Assembly: GCA_035084275.1 (NCBI GenBank)
Contig: CM068754.1
Location: forward strand, 14,322,001 to 14,386,000
Direction: 5' to 3'
From: Hydrolagus colliei
Lineage: Eukaryota
Length of the DNA: 64,000 bases
The translations under genes were made by a program, and so were the position numbers. This document shows, piece by piece, positions 48,301-61,955 of this stretch (position 1 is its first letter; the number at the start of each line of letters is the position of its first letter). Under the pieces are notes generated by a model that was given only the letters and a program-made list of their open reading frames with translations, made no database searches and was not told the DNA's origin.

Positions 48301-49079
48301 GAGCTCTACGAATTGTGCACAAGCTGGACAGTGTTAAAACTATCCTATGGTGAGCAAACACAACACAAGCTGTGATGTCTGAAGTCCTAACCAAGTTTCT
48401 TGAGCCACTAGATATAGCAGTTAATGGGCCATTCAGAGTTGCTGTCAGCAAGCTGTGGGAAACCTGCAAGTCTTCATTGCAGGTGGCAGAATGAGGAAGG
48501 CCACATCACTGAAGCTTTACTTTACATGAAGCTCCACTAGACTCAGCCGGGAGTGATTCATACTGAACGCTCGGTGCCCAAAATGGAAGAAGTTTAGCAG
48601 ATAAGAAGTGAATTGCAAAATGTACATACAAAAATCAGCACTCTGGATATTCAACGCCGGTCACTGGAAGCAAGAGTCTGAAACGTGATCATCTCAAACT
48701 GGAATCCCAATTCCGACCATTAAATTGAGCAATTTGTGTTAAACTGTGAATCACAACTCTGGAAACATTGCCAGAATCTTTTGACAGCCAGTTTGGGGTT
48801 TGTCATTTCTGTTTCTGGGGTTCTAATATTCTGCAAATTGGAAATTCTGCTTCGTGAGTATGCCATTAGACCTCAATATTGACTTATTTTACTCCTACAT
48901 TGAAAATTTTAATTTCACTCTCTCCCTCCCTCCCTCCCCCTCTCTCTCTCTCGCTCATTATTTTACTGTTTCCCCAAACTCCCAGGGAGCAGACAATACA
49001 TATAATTAGCTTCAAAAAAAGCGAGTTATATGCCAAATAATTCCATTATGTTTCCTCTAGCTCCTCTATATGCCAAATT

Positions 49080-49410
49080 CTTAGGTTCAAGACTTTGAAC
49101 TCGTAGTCTAACCTGATGTTCCAATGCAGTACTGAGGGTATAACCTGCAATGTTGGAGGAAAGTTTAAACTGAGGTTCAGTGGCATTATTAGAAAAGAGA
49201 AAGGGAGTTTTTCCTGGTGTCTTGGCCATCAGTGCCACAATGTATCATTGACTTCATGGCTCTTTGTGGGACATTGCTTTGTGCAAATTGGCTGCTGGTA
49301 TCAAGTTCAAATTTAGTCACTACAACTTAACAGTGAATCCTATGAACCATTTTGAGATGTTTTGATCATGTATTTGTAAAGCACGATATCAGATTCAAGG
49401 ATGATTCTTT
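49080..49410 (+). mobile_element. DeuSINE, diverged with internal deletions
   Basis: ccaatgcagtactgaggg...tgttggagg...tggcattattagaaaagagaaagggagtttttcctggtgtcttggcca...tttgtgggacattgctttgtgcaaattggctgc. Confidence 0.8.
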
Positions 49411-50511
49411 GAACTGTATTATCGGTTCACATTTAACTCCATCTGTGCAAGATGTATTTAGCATTCTGTACCACTCGCATATGTAAATGTCTTGACAGGC
49501 TGTTTGTGAAGAACCAGCACTTTCCAAATCATTTCATAATCCTAATTGTTAAATCAGGCTCAGCCTTATCAAGAAACGCTACAAATACTGTACCTTGGAA
49601 GAACTCCTGATTCTATCACTGCTCTTATGTTTGGGCAGACGAATCTCAGTGTGTGCTGGAGTGATAAGAAACTGAAGTAAATCATCATGCAGCTCTCAAT
49701 TAAAACCTTCTACTGAATGTTAACCTTGACATTTATTTCTTAACGATAAGAAAGTCAGTCTCCTTGATTGAAGTAACATGGAATTATATTATTATTATTG
49801 TTGTTGTTCTAGTCAAACAATTGCATTCAACAATTATAATAGATATTCACAATTATAACACATGTTATGATGCATGTGTGGCTTGTTTCTCTGCTTGACT
49901 TATGCACAATCATGGAAATGTCTGGAGTTTTACTCGGCACCAAATTAAATATTAAGTTAACGAAACTAACATTTTTGAAGTAGTGCAGGAAATATTTGTT
50001 TAATGTCTCCAGCTAATGTACTTCTTCTGTATAAATGGTATGTAGCTCAAGGGTGACAAATGATGGTGCATACTATAATATTTGCTGGTCTCACTGAGTA
50101 TGCTCAAGTCAGTCTTTTCAGGGCTTAGTTTAAACTATAACTGTTACAAAATGAAGAAACTATATCCAAGTTACCTTGTGCAATGTGACTAGAAAATCGA
50201 GGGGATGGGGGTAGCAATTGGGTACAAAGCAGCAAAACATATTAGATTTCTCAGTTTGCTTTCTCTTCAACTGAAAAGTAATGGGAACTACATTTTGAAC
50301 TATTCTTCATTTCTATGTCCGATTCTTAAAAAAAACTATTCCTTCCTACCTAAAACTGCTAAAATGTATGCTATGATGTAAGATGTTTAGTGAGTGCTGG
50401 CTGCTATAGACTTGTTGTTCATTATGTTAATATACTGTAGATGTCTTTGGTTTGCATTGGTATGATGAGACAGCTGACTTGAATGCCTGCTTGCTCTGTG
50501 TTTAATATTTG

Positions 50512-50655
50512 CATCATAGAATCATACGGCACAGAAGGAGGCCTTTCATCCTATCGTGTTTGCGCCTGCTTCGAAAAGAGCTGTCCAACTCAATCCCACT
50601 GGCCCACTTTCTCTCCATAGCCCTGCAATCTTGTCCTCCCCAAGTACCCATCTAC
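50512..50655 (-). mobile_element. CR1 LINE 3' terminus
   Basis: catcatagaatcatacggcacagaaggaggcc...cgaaaagagctgtccaactcaatcccact...ccatagccctgcaatctt. Confidence 0.8.
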
Positions 50656-50779
50656 TTTTCTTATCGTACACCAGTTTTATAATTGGTGCAAAGGTGACTT
50701 GAGAGATCAGTATGATGTTACATGGAAGCTCAGAGAGGCCTGAAATAATATGTAACTTTAATCCGCTGCATCCCTATAT

Positions 50780-50994
50780 CCTTATTCTCCCTCTACCTCT
50801 CCCTCCCCCCTTTCTGCCTTCAAATGCTTCCATAAAAACCCACCTCTTTTACTGCACCTCTGGTCACCTCACTCCTCTTTCTCTTCTCCTCCCACCCACC
50901 CGCCCCATCACCCGCTATCTGGCATCATCTTTGTTAACTGTTTCCAGAGGTTATCCTATGTGAAAGCTGCTGGATATAAGGACAAGTTGTTTGT
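50780..50994 (+). mobile_element. L2 LINE 3' end
   Basis: gccttcaaatgcttccataaaaacccacctctttt (AFK..LKTHLF-like), tggtcacctc, tail tgtgaaagctgctggatataaggacaagttgt. Confidence 0.65.
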
Positions 50995-53900
50995 TTCTCC
51001 TGAATTATTTAAATTCAGTTAGTTATTTTATCATGTGCAGTTCCATGTGAGAGATTATTTTTCGATGAAAAGCACAGAAAATCTTTCTATTTGCAGTGTC
51101 AGAAATATTCAGAGTTCATTTGGGCTTCTGCGTAGCACTTGGCAGGCACTTAATGGCATGATCCTGGAATGATAAAATCTCACTTATCTCACACTTGAAA
51201 AGTTAGTCAAGTTACCAATGATCTATATGAAGATACTTTATAATATATTACAGATTGACATCAAACAAAAAGCACCTCCATGGCACAAGAGCGTTAGCTT
51301 TATTTATAACCTGACTGTTTATTCATTTTATATCTGTAGCTGAGTGACTCAGCAGTAATAACTTCCATCAAGTCTAGGGTCAACCTTTAGGGTTTATTTT
51401 CAGATGTTTAAATGTTCTTTACCAATTTATCACCAATTGGAAGGTATGTCGTTATCTGGGTGCTTTCTGACGGTTTGAGTGATTCACTCTGTACTTATTT
51501 GGGCAGACAGCTTCTGCCTACTGTTGCCCAGTGGTGAATCTAATCTAACCTCATTCATTTAGGGGGGAAAGCACAGCGTTGGTGTTTCTGACGATTAACA
51601 GGAGGGGTGAAGGGTTCAAGTGTGGAGGAGGTTCATTGCACAAGAAAAGCATTCACGTGGGTGGATGCCCAGGGCAGGGATGAATTAGGCACTCTGTATC
51701 CACTGGAGAGATTCCATTCTGCTCGTGCTAAATTAACTAAAGAATTATCTGCTTGTGCATCTCATTGTTTAATGAGAAATAAATGTTTAAAGGACTCCAA
51801 TCTTCCCCCCTCACCTCATTTACAACCCCCAGCCCGTTGGGTGAGGCAGTGTTCAGAACTTTGACACGTCCTTCCTACATGAAAAAAACATTAGGTAAAT
51901 GTCATGTCATGTTTCTGGAAGGCAAACGCAAAAATATTGCTTCTCCTGCCCACGGATATTTCTCAAAATCCGGCATCTGTCCCTCGGCAACCAAAAGGTA
52001 GGACATCCCCTGGATATACAAGTTCAAAGTCCCAGCATGGGGTTTGAATCCATAACGTTGGAGTCTGAGGTAGGTGTTGGTTGTTTCATTCAACAGTGAA
52101 TTTGATGCCTGAATCTGAGCTCATCTGAATCTTACAGTTGCAGTTTCTTCATTCCAAATCGACGGAATCTTTTAAAAGGCCTTATATATATATATATTCA
52201 TATGTATATATACATTTTAAATTAATTGTGTCATTTTTAGGCTTTAAAACAGACAACGTTTGGAGAGCTACACTTTCTCAGAGGAAAAATGTTCAAGGAC
52301 AATGTGTGACTTTGTCCAGATCTGAATTAAATTGATCATTAATGTGATTCTCCAAACCGTACCGAGCTAAGCCTTTCTTCTCCACCTGTGCACAATCAGT
52401 GAAGTCATTCCTATTGAAATAGGATACAACAAAATGAGACCTGGACTTGTTCCTGTGAGTATACGTAACATTAATAATTTATTTGTTGTTCAAGTGTGCG
52501 AGTCAAACAAATTGCAGAGACTCGGGCGTCTCGTTGCATAATTGGAAACAGAGTGAAATATAAAAATGTGTTGCACAATACTAAAAGGTGCTGCTTTTTA
52601 AAAAAATCCCAATATCTATTGTTATATTGCTAATAAATGTTGTCCTTCAAAACAAGCATTCTGAAAGCTTCTCATGCCCCACAGGTAATACTCTGAGAAG
52701 CTGGCAATGAAACCTCACTTGTCAGAACATCCTTTCCAATTAAAAATGCATAGTTGAAAGTTATAAGTACAGGTAGTGTCATACTTAAAAATTCCACCTT
52801 TAGAAATGTACCCTTTGTGGGTGTGTGTGCACAGGCATGCATGCTACAGACGCATTGACTTCACGTATACTTTGATCTCAATTATTGCAAATTGTTGTTC
52901 AATTTATTTTTGGAATACCCGCACAGCGAAGGCTGTGCACTTGGTGTCTTGGCATGTTCCCTGTTTAATCACAGTAGCCTTAACACGAACTTTTGACGAA
53001 TATAATATAACAAAACATTTCACACTGCGCCAAGCTCGAGAAACTGCTAAATAAGGGTTTGGTTCACAGACGTGTGTTAGAGCTGTGCTATCCGCTGTCA
53101 ATTTTTACCTTTCAGCAAATTTGTGCTTTTCTACTGAAAAGTCAAAAATTGACAGTAGACTTCACATTTAACAAGAACTTTGATTAAGCCATTTTTTGTG
53201 TGTTGAACACAAACACTAAAATGTCTGCTTTCTACTTTGCTGATCGAAAATGCATTTTGACATGCCTTCCCTGCCCTTTGTAATGTTCAAAAGGCTTGTC
53301 CTAGTTCTCATTCAATACTCAGCTCTGCTTATCACTGTGTCCCAGGCTCTAGCAGACATTACGATGCAGATAGGATGGAGAAAGATGGCAGGGCACATAT
53401 AGATATGTTCATAAGGAAAATAACTACTAGAGAACACTAGAAGATGCTTCAAATAGAATAAAATAACTTCAGATATGACAATATCAAATCTAATGGTAAG
53501 TGTCTGTAAACATTCCTGTTGATATTTTTCATGATCTTGAATGTTGGAGTGGGAGACGTTCAAATCTTCGGAACAGGTTCACTATGAAAGTACAGTTTGT
53601 TACAGTGGAAAGTGGCACTGACCTTTCATCAGCACAGTAATTTAGTCCATCTGTATTCAGGTCTATTCGAATATTGAAGGCCCGTTAGGTGGGAGTGTTT
53701 GCTGCAGAATTTTGTGAAAAAAACTGAGAGTCGAATAGGAACAGGACAAGTATATAATGCGTGCACTTCTGGTGTTGAAGAGGCTAATCACATCAAATTG
53801 GCTTTGACTGTTCCCTTTTCTTCACAGAAAAGCTTAAAGGAGATGAAAACCTTATGGGAACAACTTCTCAACATTAAGTACTTCTCGCGTATATTATTTT

Positions 53901-54479
53901 TTTAAAAAAGCTTACCTCCTGCCTTGTAGTAAAGATCTTCCATTTAGTAATTAATTTCTGTTCCCATGGAAACCCTGTGTTCGCTCTCTGCTCGTACCTG
54001 GCACCATTCCGATGTTATGGTGGTCCACTGTGAACTTCCGAGCGGCTCTGTTCACTGGAACCCAGCACTTGCATTGTATTGTTTAGTAGTCAAGCTGTTG
54101 AAGGTCCATCCTGACCGACTAGTTGGCAACCTTAGTGAGTGGGTTTTATAGGGTTGCTTGCCTTTAGGATCAGCACCTCAGCAAGTCCAACGCTAAATGT
54201 CTGTGCTTTAAACCAATGGAGCTACTCAGAATTCGCTAAAACTACTACAGGTATTTACACAGGAAGTGCTGTGTTCTGCGTTTCCAGCCTTTCCTTTTAG
54301 TCGGAAATGAACAGCCAACAATAACAGTTGCCTAATTAAAAAAAGCTTCCTCCTAAAACACAATCAATTAGAGCAGACTCGCGAGTTCATTTGAGAACAT
54401 TGCTTAAACAGCACAACATAAACGGACGGATCTTAGAGTATACGGATTTTGCTTTAGTTAGAAAGTATTTGTGATAGAT

Positions 54480-54590
54480 TTACAAAGAATGTATAGCACA
54501 AAAACAGGGCACTTGGCCCAACTAGTCCATGCGGTATTTAAATACCCATTCTCTCCTTTACTCTCTCCCATACCCTTTTAGTCCCCTGCA
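54480..54590 (-). mobile_element. CR1 LINE 3' terminus, diverged
   Basis: caaagaatgtatagcacaaaaacagggcacttggcccaactagtccatgc; same family as 10315. Confidence 0.6.
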
Positions 54591-55130
54591 TATACATGCA
54601 AAATTTTTAAGCAGTTGTTCCTTTTAGTAATCTGTTTTTTAATAGAAGGATTGATTGATGGTGCTCTCAAAGATCAGATGTGGGTAACTGTTGAGCGCTA
54701 AGTAGACACAAATAAATTGTGCCTCGGAGGACTTGAAGGAAAGTAGATTATCACTGTCCCTAGTGAGAGTAAGGTTTAGTGTTTGAGCCATTGCACTGCC
54801 GATCTAATAATATAAAAGAACCAAGCATATTCACCTATATTTGACATTATCTGTGGAAAAAGGAAAACATTGCGCTCGACCATCATGAATCATCACATAT
54901 TCCCATACTCTCTCCTTCCCTTTCTCATGATACTTCTATTTAATCTTTGTTATTTGACTGTTCTCAAAGATATCAAACTGATATATTTCATGCCCGGTTC
55001 ACAAGCTGGTTTCAAAAGAAATTCAGTTTTACTTTAAACTTTTTACGCTGTTCAGAATAAAGGCCATAACATATAGCACATGGCTGCGAACAGGAGATAG
55101 TGAAATTAGGTTTGTAAATATAGGTATATC

Positions 55131-55417
55131 AATAATAATAAAATAATAATGCTTGCATTTGATATAGCGTTATAGGGTCTTATTATGTCTCCGAAATGTC
55201 TCAGAACGCTTCACATATACTTTATACTGTAAAGTGAATTGACTGGATATATTATGGGCAAAATATGGCAGCCAATTGCACACAGCAGTGTCCCACAAAC
55301 AGTCATGAATTGAATTGACCAATTTCTTATTATTTTTTAAAAGGAATTATTGCCCCTGTAAAATCAGGACCCTCGCTTGTGAAGCAAGTGCTCTAACCAC
55401 TGAGCTCAGGATTCCAT
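55131..55417 (-). mobile_element. SINE family A, near full length with 11-bp TSD
   Basis: Tail, body and head (caagtgctctaaccactgagctcaggattcc); tatatcaataa at 55125-55135 and 55426-55436. Confidence 0.9.
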
Positions 55418-55477
55418 CATAAATTTATATCAATAAATAGTATGGTGGCAGGCAGTTGCATTCTAGTCCAGGGTCTC

Positions 55478-55546
55478 ATTCAGCGCCTTGGGACGTCCTC
55501 CTGACATGAAAGGCGCTGTACAAGTGTAATTTTGTTGTTGTTGTTG
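55478..55546 (+). mobile_element. L2-type tail with (TTG)n
   Basis: ttcagcgccttgggacgtcctcctgacatgaaaggcgctgtacaagtgtaattttgttgttgttgttg. Confidence 0.8.
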
Positions 55547-56653
55547 CTTAAAGCATTAACCCATATTTTAGCCATTTTCTCTGCATTCTGTTTTTGTCAT
55601 GACCAAAGTGTGAGTTTTGGTAGACTGGAAACTTTTTAGGAACAACATTAGGTTCTTCCGTCATTGCATTTGAAATCAGGTTGCAAAACCTTTCATCAGA
55701 AAAGTTATTTATTTTATTTAACTTTGCCACACTGGGTGTGAAGTTCACCATTCCTTCGCTTCCACTTTTTCTTTAGCAAAAATCGAATTATGTCAGGTAT
55801 CTGGACACTCACACTTTACAGCCGGCATTCAAATCTATGAAATTAACTTTTGATAAGCCACCACATTGAGAGTTCCAGCTATCTAGCATTGCTTCCATTT
55901 CTAAGAATGATGTACAGAGTGAGACTGTCTGGAGCTTGAGTGTAGCCATTAGTTGATGTGCCAAGATAATGCGTTTGTGGAATTGGTGACTGCAGACCTC
56001 TGCTCTTTCACTTGACTTCACCAATTTTACATCCGTTTAATGCAGTTCCTTACAATTCTACCATCAGGAAAAAAAAAAGTGGTCAATTGTTTTGAAAAAA
56101 TTCCTTTTACTCTCTAGAGATGAGAAGAAAGGAATAAAAGTCTCACTGGGGACCTGACATTTGTCCTCCCCCCCACCCCAACCTCCCCCATATTTTTATT
56201 CTGCCCTTTAAAGACAAATGGAACAGCAACAAAAAAACGCACAACTTGAAAATTGGCCGCACTTCTTTTTCTTAACGGTTCTTAATTTATTTTAGAAACA
56301 ATTCCTTGAAATAAATCTTTCCTTTCAATTATTCATATTCATTTGAAACAATGGTCTTTTGGGGATCCTTTTGTGAATCAAGGAATATCATCTGCAAACA
56401 GAAGCGCATTCTGTTCCATTATTTTAGGCCGACTGGCTCCATTGCCTGAACGTTGATGAATAGCCACTGCTAATGGCTCCGAGGAGAATAACAATGAAAT
56501 GGGTGATAATTGGCAAAGCTGCATGCACTTCTGTGTAAATTAAGTGTCCAGGAGTTTGCACTGCTTGTTAGAATTTGTGCTGCAGGAGACGTGGTTCATT
56601 ATTTTTATCTGGTCTGTAAATTAAGGGGGATCTGAACACTAAAACATTTTTTC

Positions 56654-56750
56654 GTGGAGTCCTATAGCTCAGTGATTAGAGCACTCGCTTCGCATACGAG
56701 AGAGCTGGGTTCGGATCCTGGCAGGCCAAAATGTTTCCTTACTCCAAATG
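56654..56750 (+). mobile_element. SINE family A head
   Basis: gtggagtcctatagctcagtgattagagcactcgc...gggttcggatcctggcagg...gtttccttactcca. Confidence 0.85.
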
Positions 56751-57030
56751 TCTCTTATAATATAGTTTCAATGCAAGGATTGCAATAATAATAATTATTA
56801 TTATTCATATTCACTTACCATATAAAGCACTTTCTTGTGCAAGTCTGAATAAAAGTTTGGGTGGAATTTTAGAATTTTACAATGATAAATATAGTTTCTC
56901 TTTAAAAATAATTTATAACCTAACCTATGTAGATCTGAATAAGAAATTCTGTGATATTTTAGCACCTGTGTTTATCTAACAGCAAGTAGGAACCAGGTTG
57001 TTAATCGATTGGAGGATTGCTTTTCCGGGG

Positions 57031-57237
57031 TAATAATTCCTTCAAAAAAAATAATAAATTGGTCACTCAGTGCATGACTGTTTGTGGGACACTGCTGTTC
57101 ACAATTGACTGCCACAATTCTCCCACAAAATATTCAGTCAATTCACTTTACAGTATATTCTGTGAGGCGCTTTGAGACATCTAGAAGACGTGATTGGCCT
57201 CTATATCAAATGCAAGGAATATTATTGTTGTTATTAT
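57031..57237 (+). mobile_element. SINE family A body and tail
   Basis: taataattccttcaaaaaaaataataaattggtca...gactgtttgtgggacactgctgt...ctatatcaaatgcaaggaatattatt. Confidence 0.9.
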
Positions 57238-57522
57238 CTCAATGAAAATGCATCCCGACTGTTACTGTTACTTGATTCAAGGAGATGTACAGTAAAGGGT
57301 CCTCCCTGGAGATTGTTAAGCAACTGACACATTTTACATTATTATTGTTAGCTGTTTTTCACAAAATGAACCTGATGCTCTCAAACTGCAATAGGAATTC
57401 CTTTTTCTAACCATTTTCTTTAATTGCTTACTCGTCATACTGTAGACACCGTTACATTTTGGGTTTTCAGCGAGTGCTGTATTTGCTAATGCATTAAGAA
57501 AGAAAGCACATCATCGCCAGGT

Positions 57523-57616
57523 CTTTACAGTATATTCTGTGAAGCGCTTTGAGACGTCGATCAGATGTGAAAAGCGTTATATCAAATGCAAGGGTTATTA
57601 TTATTATTATTATTAC
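57523..57616 (+). mobile_element. SINE family A, 5'-truncated
   Basis: ctttacagtatattctgtgaagcgctttgagacgtcgatcagatgtgaaaagcgttatatcaaatgcaagggttattatt. Confidence 0.9.
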
Positions 57617-59160
57617 TACCAGCTTGAACAAGAATGCTGGCAATTTTATGGACCAACTCTTACAATAAAGCTTCTATTTCAAGAGCAATTTATAACTTTG
57701 CTTGTGCAGATCTGAATAAGAAATTGGGTGGAATTTTAGCATTTTACAATGATAAACTGATTCATTTTATATAGGAATTTAAAAATAATTTTAGAAAGGG
57801 AGTGAGAAATAATATGCATATACTGTATAGATATTGATTAATATAATATACATATTACTATATAAAGAGAGCATGTGGAACAAATATTGTACCTCTAATA
57901 TACAGTACACTGTTTAATCTCAGACACATTCTTGCAAGCTTGTGGTCAGTTCTTACAATTTGATATGATGTGTTTTGTCAGAGAACATTTTGCTGGGGAA
58001 CGTTCTCTATTTTTATACAATGACAAATTTCAGCATTGTGTTAAGACATTAGGCTTTTTTTTCGCTATGCAAAGATGATATTGTTCCACGGATGTTATTG
58101 GGTGCTCGTTTGCCACGGATCTTGTAGCCAACCCTTTTGACAGAATTCTGATGTATTTCCAAATGTGTTCTTTCTTTGAAATGTTCAACAGTTCGATAAC
58201 CCCATCTTACTAGAAGCAACCGCAAGCTGAATCTCTGAACTAACAGGATGGGCTTGCCTGGGTGTCTTTTCTTTCATGTGCTTTGTCTTTAGTTTATCAT
58301 TAGTGAGAGACACGGTAACTTTTGATGAAACTAGGCACACATATGATACTCCATCAATTATCCTTTTCTCTTTTAATGAGATGAGAAGTGACATACCCGT
58401 ACTTCAAAATGATTTAAATTTACTCATCTTTAGGTTCGCTTGTCAAGTAGCATTTTATCTAATTATTCAGCAATGGATAAACTTTGATCTCCTGAGTGGA
58501 AATCGAAACTGCGGAAAAACTTTGAACACAATCCCTGCAAGGAGGTAGAACTAAAATGCTTATGCAGTACAGTACTTAGAAAGCTAATTAATTACATTTG
58601 CTTTGCTTCTCCTGAGAGTTTTGTGGAGTAATTATCGCCATTACCTTAATCTTTTGTCCCAAGTAACACTAACAAACGTAATTTGTGAGGCAGGGGGTCT
58701 ACGTGCACAGATGCATCAGGTGTGAAGTTTGACTGCCTTTGGAGACGTTCAAATTGACTGAAAGGAACTGTGGTGCAGGCAAGAGGGAATGTTACATTTG
58801 AAGCACAGTTGCTAGTCCATCTGTTTGAGCCTGTGTTACCTTGTGTGATCCATTTAAAGACTGAATCTCTTGAGTCTTCACATCCATATAGGCAGCATTT
58901 TGTTCAACCTAAGTCCTTATCTTGGCAGACGGAAGGAGCAGCGACAGTTCGAATCTCTACAGTTTGCCCACAGCTCACTTACTTGCAGCCAGCATAACAC
59001 ATTCTGTATAAGTGCTATTCAGCATTGGCAAAAATATCAAACATTCAGTATAACAACACCAACTAACATTTATATAACATGCTTCACATCGGACAGTATC
59101 TCGGAGCGCATAGAAATATACTTTATTTTTCTGATCATTTGAGTTTACCTTCCATTTATA

Positions 59161-59340
59161 AATAGAAATAATTCTTGCATTTTGATAGAGCGGTTTACGC
59201 GTCTTCGAGACATCTCAAAGCGCTTTGCAGAATATACTGTATGACTAGTGAATTGACTACATTTGTGGGTGAAATGCGGCAGCCAATTGCGCACAGCAGC
59301 GTCCCACAAACAGTTGTGGATTGAGTGACCAAATTTTTTT
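59161..59340 (-). mobile_element. SINE family A, 5'-truncated
   Basis: gacatctcaaagcgctttgcagaatatactgt...gcggcagccaattgcgcacagcagcgtcccacaaacagt. Confidence 0.9.
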
Positions 59341-60600
59341 TCATACACAGTTGAGGCATACCAACTACAGGACAAAGGTTCTATTCCAAACTCTTTCAAA
59401 GATGTCACTAGATTTCAGCATTTCAGAGTTAGCTCTGTGGAATTCAGTCAATGCATGAGATATCGATTTTAAAAGTGGACAGTTTGGTGAGTTAGCACAC
59501 TGTACCTTCACCTGGTATGATACTTCCAGGAAATATTCAATGATTGTCCATCTCTCTCTTTCTCTGCTGAGCATATTTGTTCCTAAATGAAATGGCTGAG
59601 TCAGCCTCAACTAGAGAGTTTCACTGTGAGCGAGCGGCATGGAAATTTAATCCATTACCAATTGCCTGTCTCACTTGGAGAGATAATCAGGATTGAAATG
59701 GCGAGGTTGTCATAGAAATAAGTATTCTACTGAGGTTAGAATTAAGATACATGACTTGAACAGTGAAGAGAGAGCTCTCCATTCTGTACCTGACCTCAAA
59801 GTGTTTGGTGACGATGCTGATGCCAAGAGTGGAAAGTGCTCTGGTCTCACAATCCCGTATCCTTCATTTTGATGAGCACATTGTGTCTTTCCTTAAAGAA
59901 AATATTCACTGCAAAGTTCCGCAACAAGAGATGATGCTCTATGCATTCAACAATAGAACAAGGATTAGATAAACACAGCTTTTGGTTCAAATATATTCAA
60001 TTGTGGTTCATGTTTTTTTCACTTACGGGGAATAAAAGCTGATTTTATATCTCGAGCATCTTCCCAGCGCAAACACTAGTGATTTTCTTTATGGATCGAA
60101 GACAGAAAATCAATGGGATTGTTCTGTGACCTCAAGAAGAGCACATGCTCTGCATCTGATTACTTTACAGCATAATGCTGTGTTGAAAGCGGAATTGTTA
60201 AAGAAGACAGGGATTTCCTTACACAATATGCTGCCAATATTGATATCTTGCTATCACATTGTGATGCATGTACACTTTCCCCCATGGGGAGGAAAGTGCG
60301 TTTATATCTTGGATCGTGAAGGAACAATGCTGGAGCATGAGTAAACTTTCGTTGTGTCAGTTGTGTGCTTTAAAGAGTCCTTGAGTTGGGCAAAAAAAAA
60401 AAACATAAAAATGAGAGAGAAAAGCTTTAATATGCGGGGAATAGAAATATTCATCCCTCATATGGTATTGGATGTCATATGTCTATAGATTGCCAGTGAC
60501 TCCAGATTTGAAGCTTTTTTAAAAAAGCGCATTTGTAGTGCATGTAATCTGTTCAATCCCAAATTGTGCCTTCACATGAATAAACTAAAATCTATTTTAG

Positions 60601-60765
60601 GTGTGAGTCTGGCTGAATTGGCAGCATTCTTGCTTGTGATTCAGAACGTCACCTTCCGCATTCACCTGAAAAAAAACTCAGTCACTACACTTCACAGTAA
60701 ATTCTATGAAAACTTTGAGATGTCGTCCTGACACGAAGAGTGCTATATCAACTGTAAGTTATATT
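60601..60765 (+). mobile_element. DeuSINE with large internal deletion (head joined to tail)
   Basis: tggctgaattggcagcattcttgcttgtgattcagaac (SacSINE1-like head), then cagtcactacacttcacagtaaattctatgaaaactttgagatgtc...gctatatcaactgtaag. Confidence 0.55.
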
Positions 60766-61684
60766 GCATCTATTAAATGATATCTGCTGGCAGCTTTATC
60801 AAATATCTTTCACAACATTCAAGAGCTCTATCGGCACTAATCTTTTTTAATTTTATTAATATTTCACTTGTTGAAGTACTGTACCTACATTGCAGTGCCA
60901 AAAGGGTAAGTTGAAGAGACTTGATTTTCAAAAATTCTGTGGCATTATGGTGAAAAATACAATAATTAAATCTATTTAATGTGAATTTGCACCTCAAATC
61001 TGCTTTGAAACATTGCATTTACTACCCCAATATTTCCAATTGCACTTGAGATATTCCCACTAGTTGTTCAACAATAGAAAAATACACAATTATGTCTACC
61101 TGTGTGTGCTCTAGCCATTGAAAATTAGAGGTAGAATTGGTTTACTGCACACCATCCATCAACAAGCTACAGATTTCATAATCTAAAAAGGTTTCCAGGT
61201 GTAATCCTAGGTACATTTCAATAGTAGGATTGCTGCCTCAGTACATAATTGAAATGAATCAATAAAATTTCTAAAACTCCTGTAGAAATATGAAACAGAG
61301 TTCGCTAAAATCATTTGGTAGGAAATAATTTGCAAATTCTAATAGTTTCTATTCATTATTTTTTGGTGAGTGCAACTGCATTTGAAATGCACTCACATAA
61401 CGTAAAGACTATATATAGGGTACGGCTGGGTAGAGACTGAAAATTGTTCCCTAGTCAGTGATCAAGGTAAACAACTTTTCAAGATTCGGATTTAGAATTT
61501 AGCTTCCACGGTTTTGCAGAGGATTGGGAACAAAGCATTCAAATCAACTCCTAGAGTAATGCTGAGATGCTTCTCCTGTGCCTCCTGTGCTCTGCCTATT
61601 TGGTCTAACAGTAAAACATCAGTTTACCAATGTCTACTAACTTATCTTATCTCAGTCCAGAATTCTGTATAAAACGATGAGGGC

Positions 61685-61880
61685 TGGGGCTTTTGACTGG
61701 GTGATTAGGGAGAAGCTATTCCACTCACAGGGAGAAGAGTGAAAGGAGAGCTTATGAGAATTTGTTTTGCATACACAGCTGTCGGGAAGTGGAATGCCCT
61801 ACTAATTAAAATGGTAGATTTAGAATCCATTGCGGATTCTATTGCGGGTTTCAAGAGGGAAGAAAGCAAGTATATGAATG
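61685..61880 (+). mobile_element. CR1 LINE ORF2 C-terminal remnant
   Basis: REKLFH..., KGELMRICFAYTAVGKWNALLIKMVD...ADSIAGFKREESKYM match the CR1 end (REKLFPL..RKNFFTQRVVGIWNALPE.VVEADSIAGFKRELDKYM). Confidence 0.8.
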
Positions 61881-61955
61881 TCTTCATGTCAGGAGAACAT
61901 CACAAAGTGCTTCACTTAATTCACTGTAAATTGTATTGACTATATTTTTAGGTGA
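61881..61955 (-). mobile_element. SINE 3' fragment adjoining or inserted in the CR1 remnant
   Basis: catcacaaagtgcttcac...ctgtaaattgtattgactatatttttaggtgaatgcgggcag. Confidence 0.55.
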
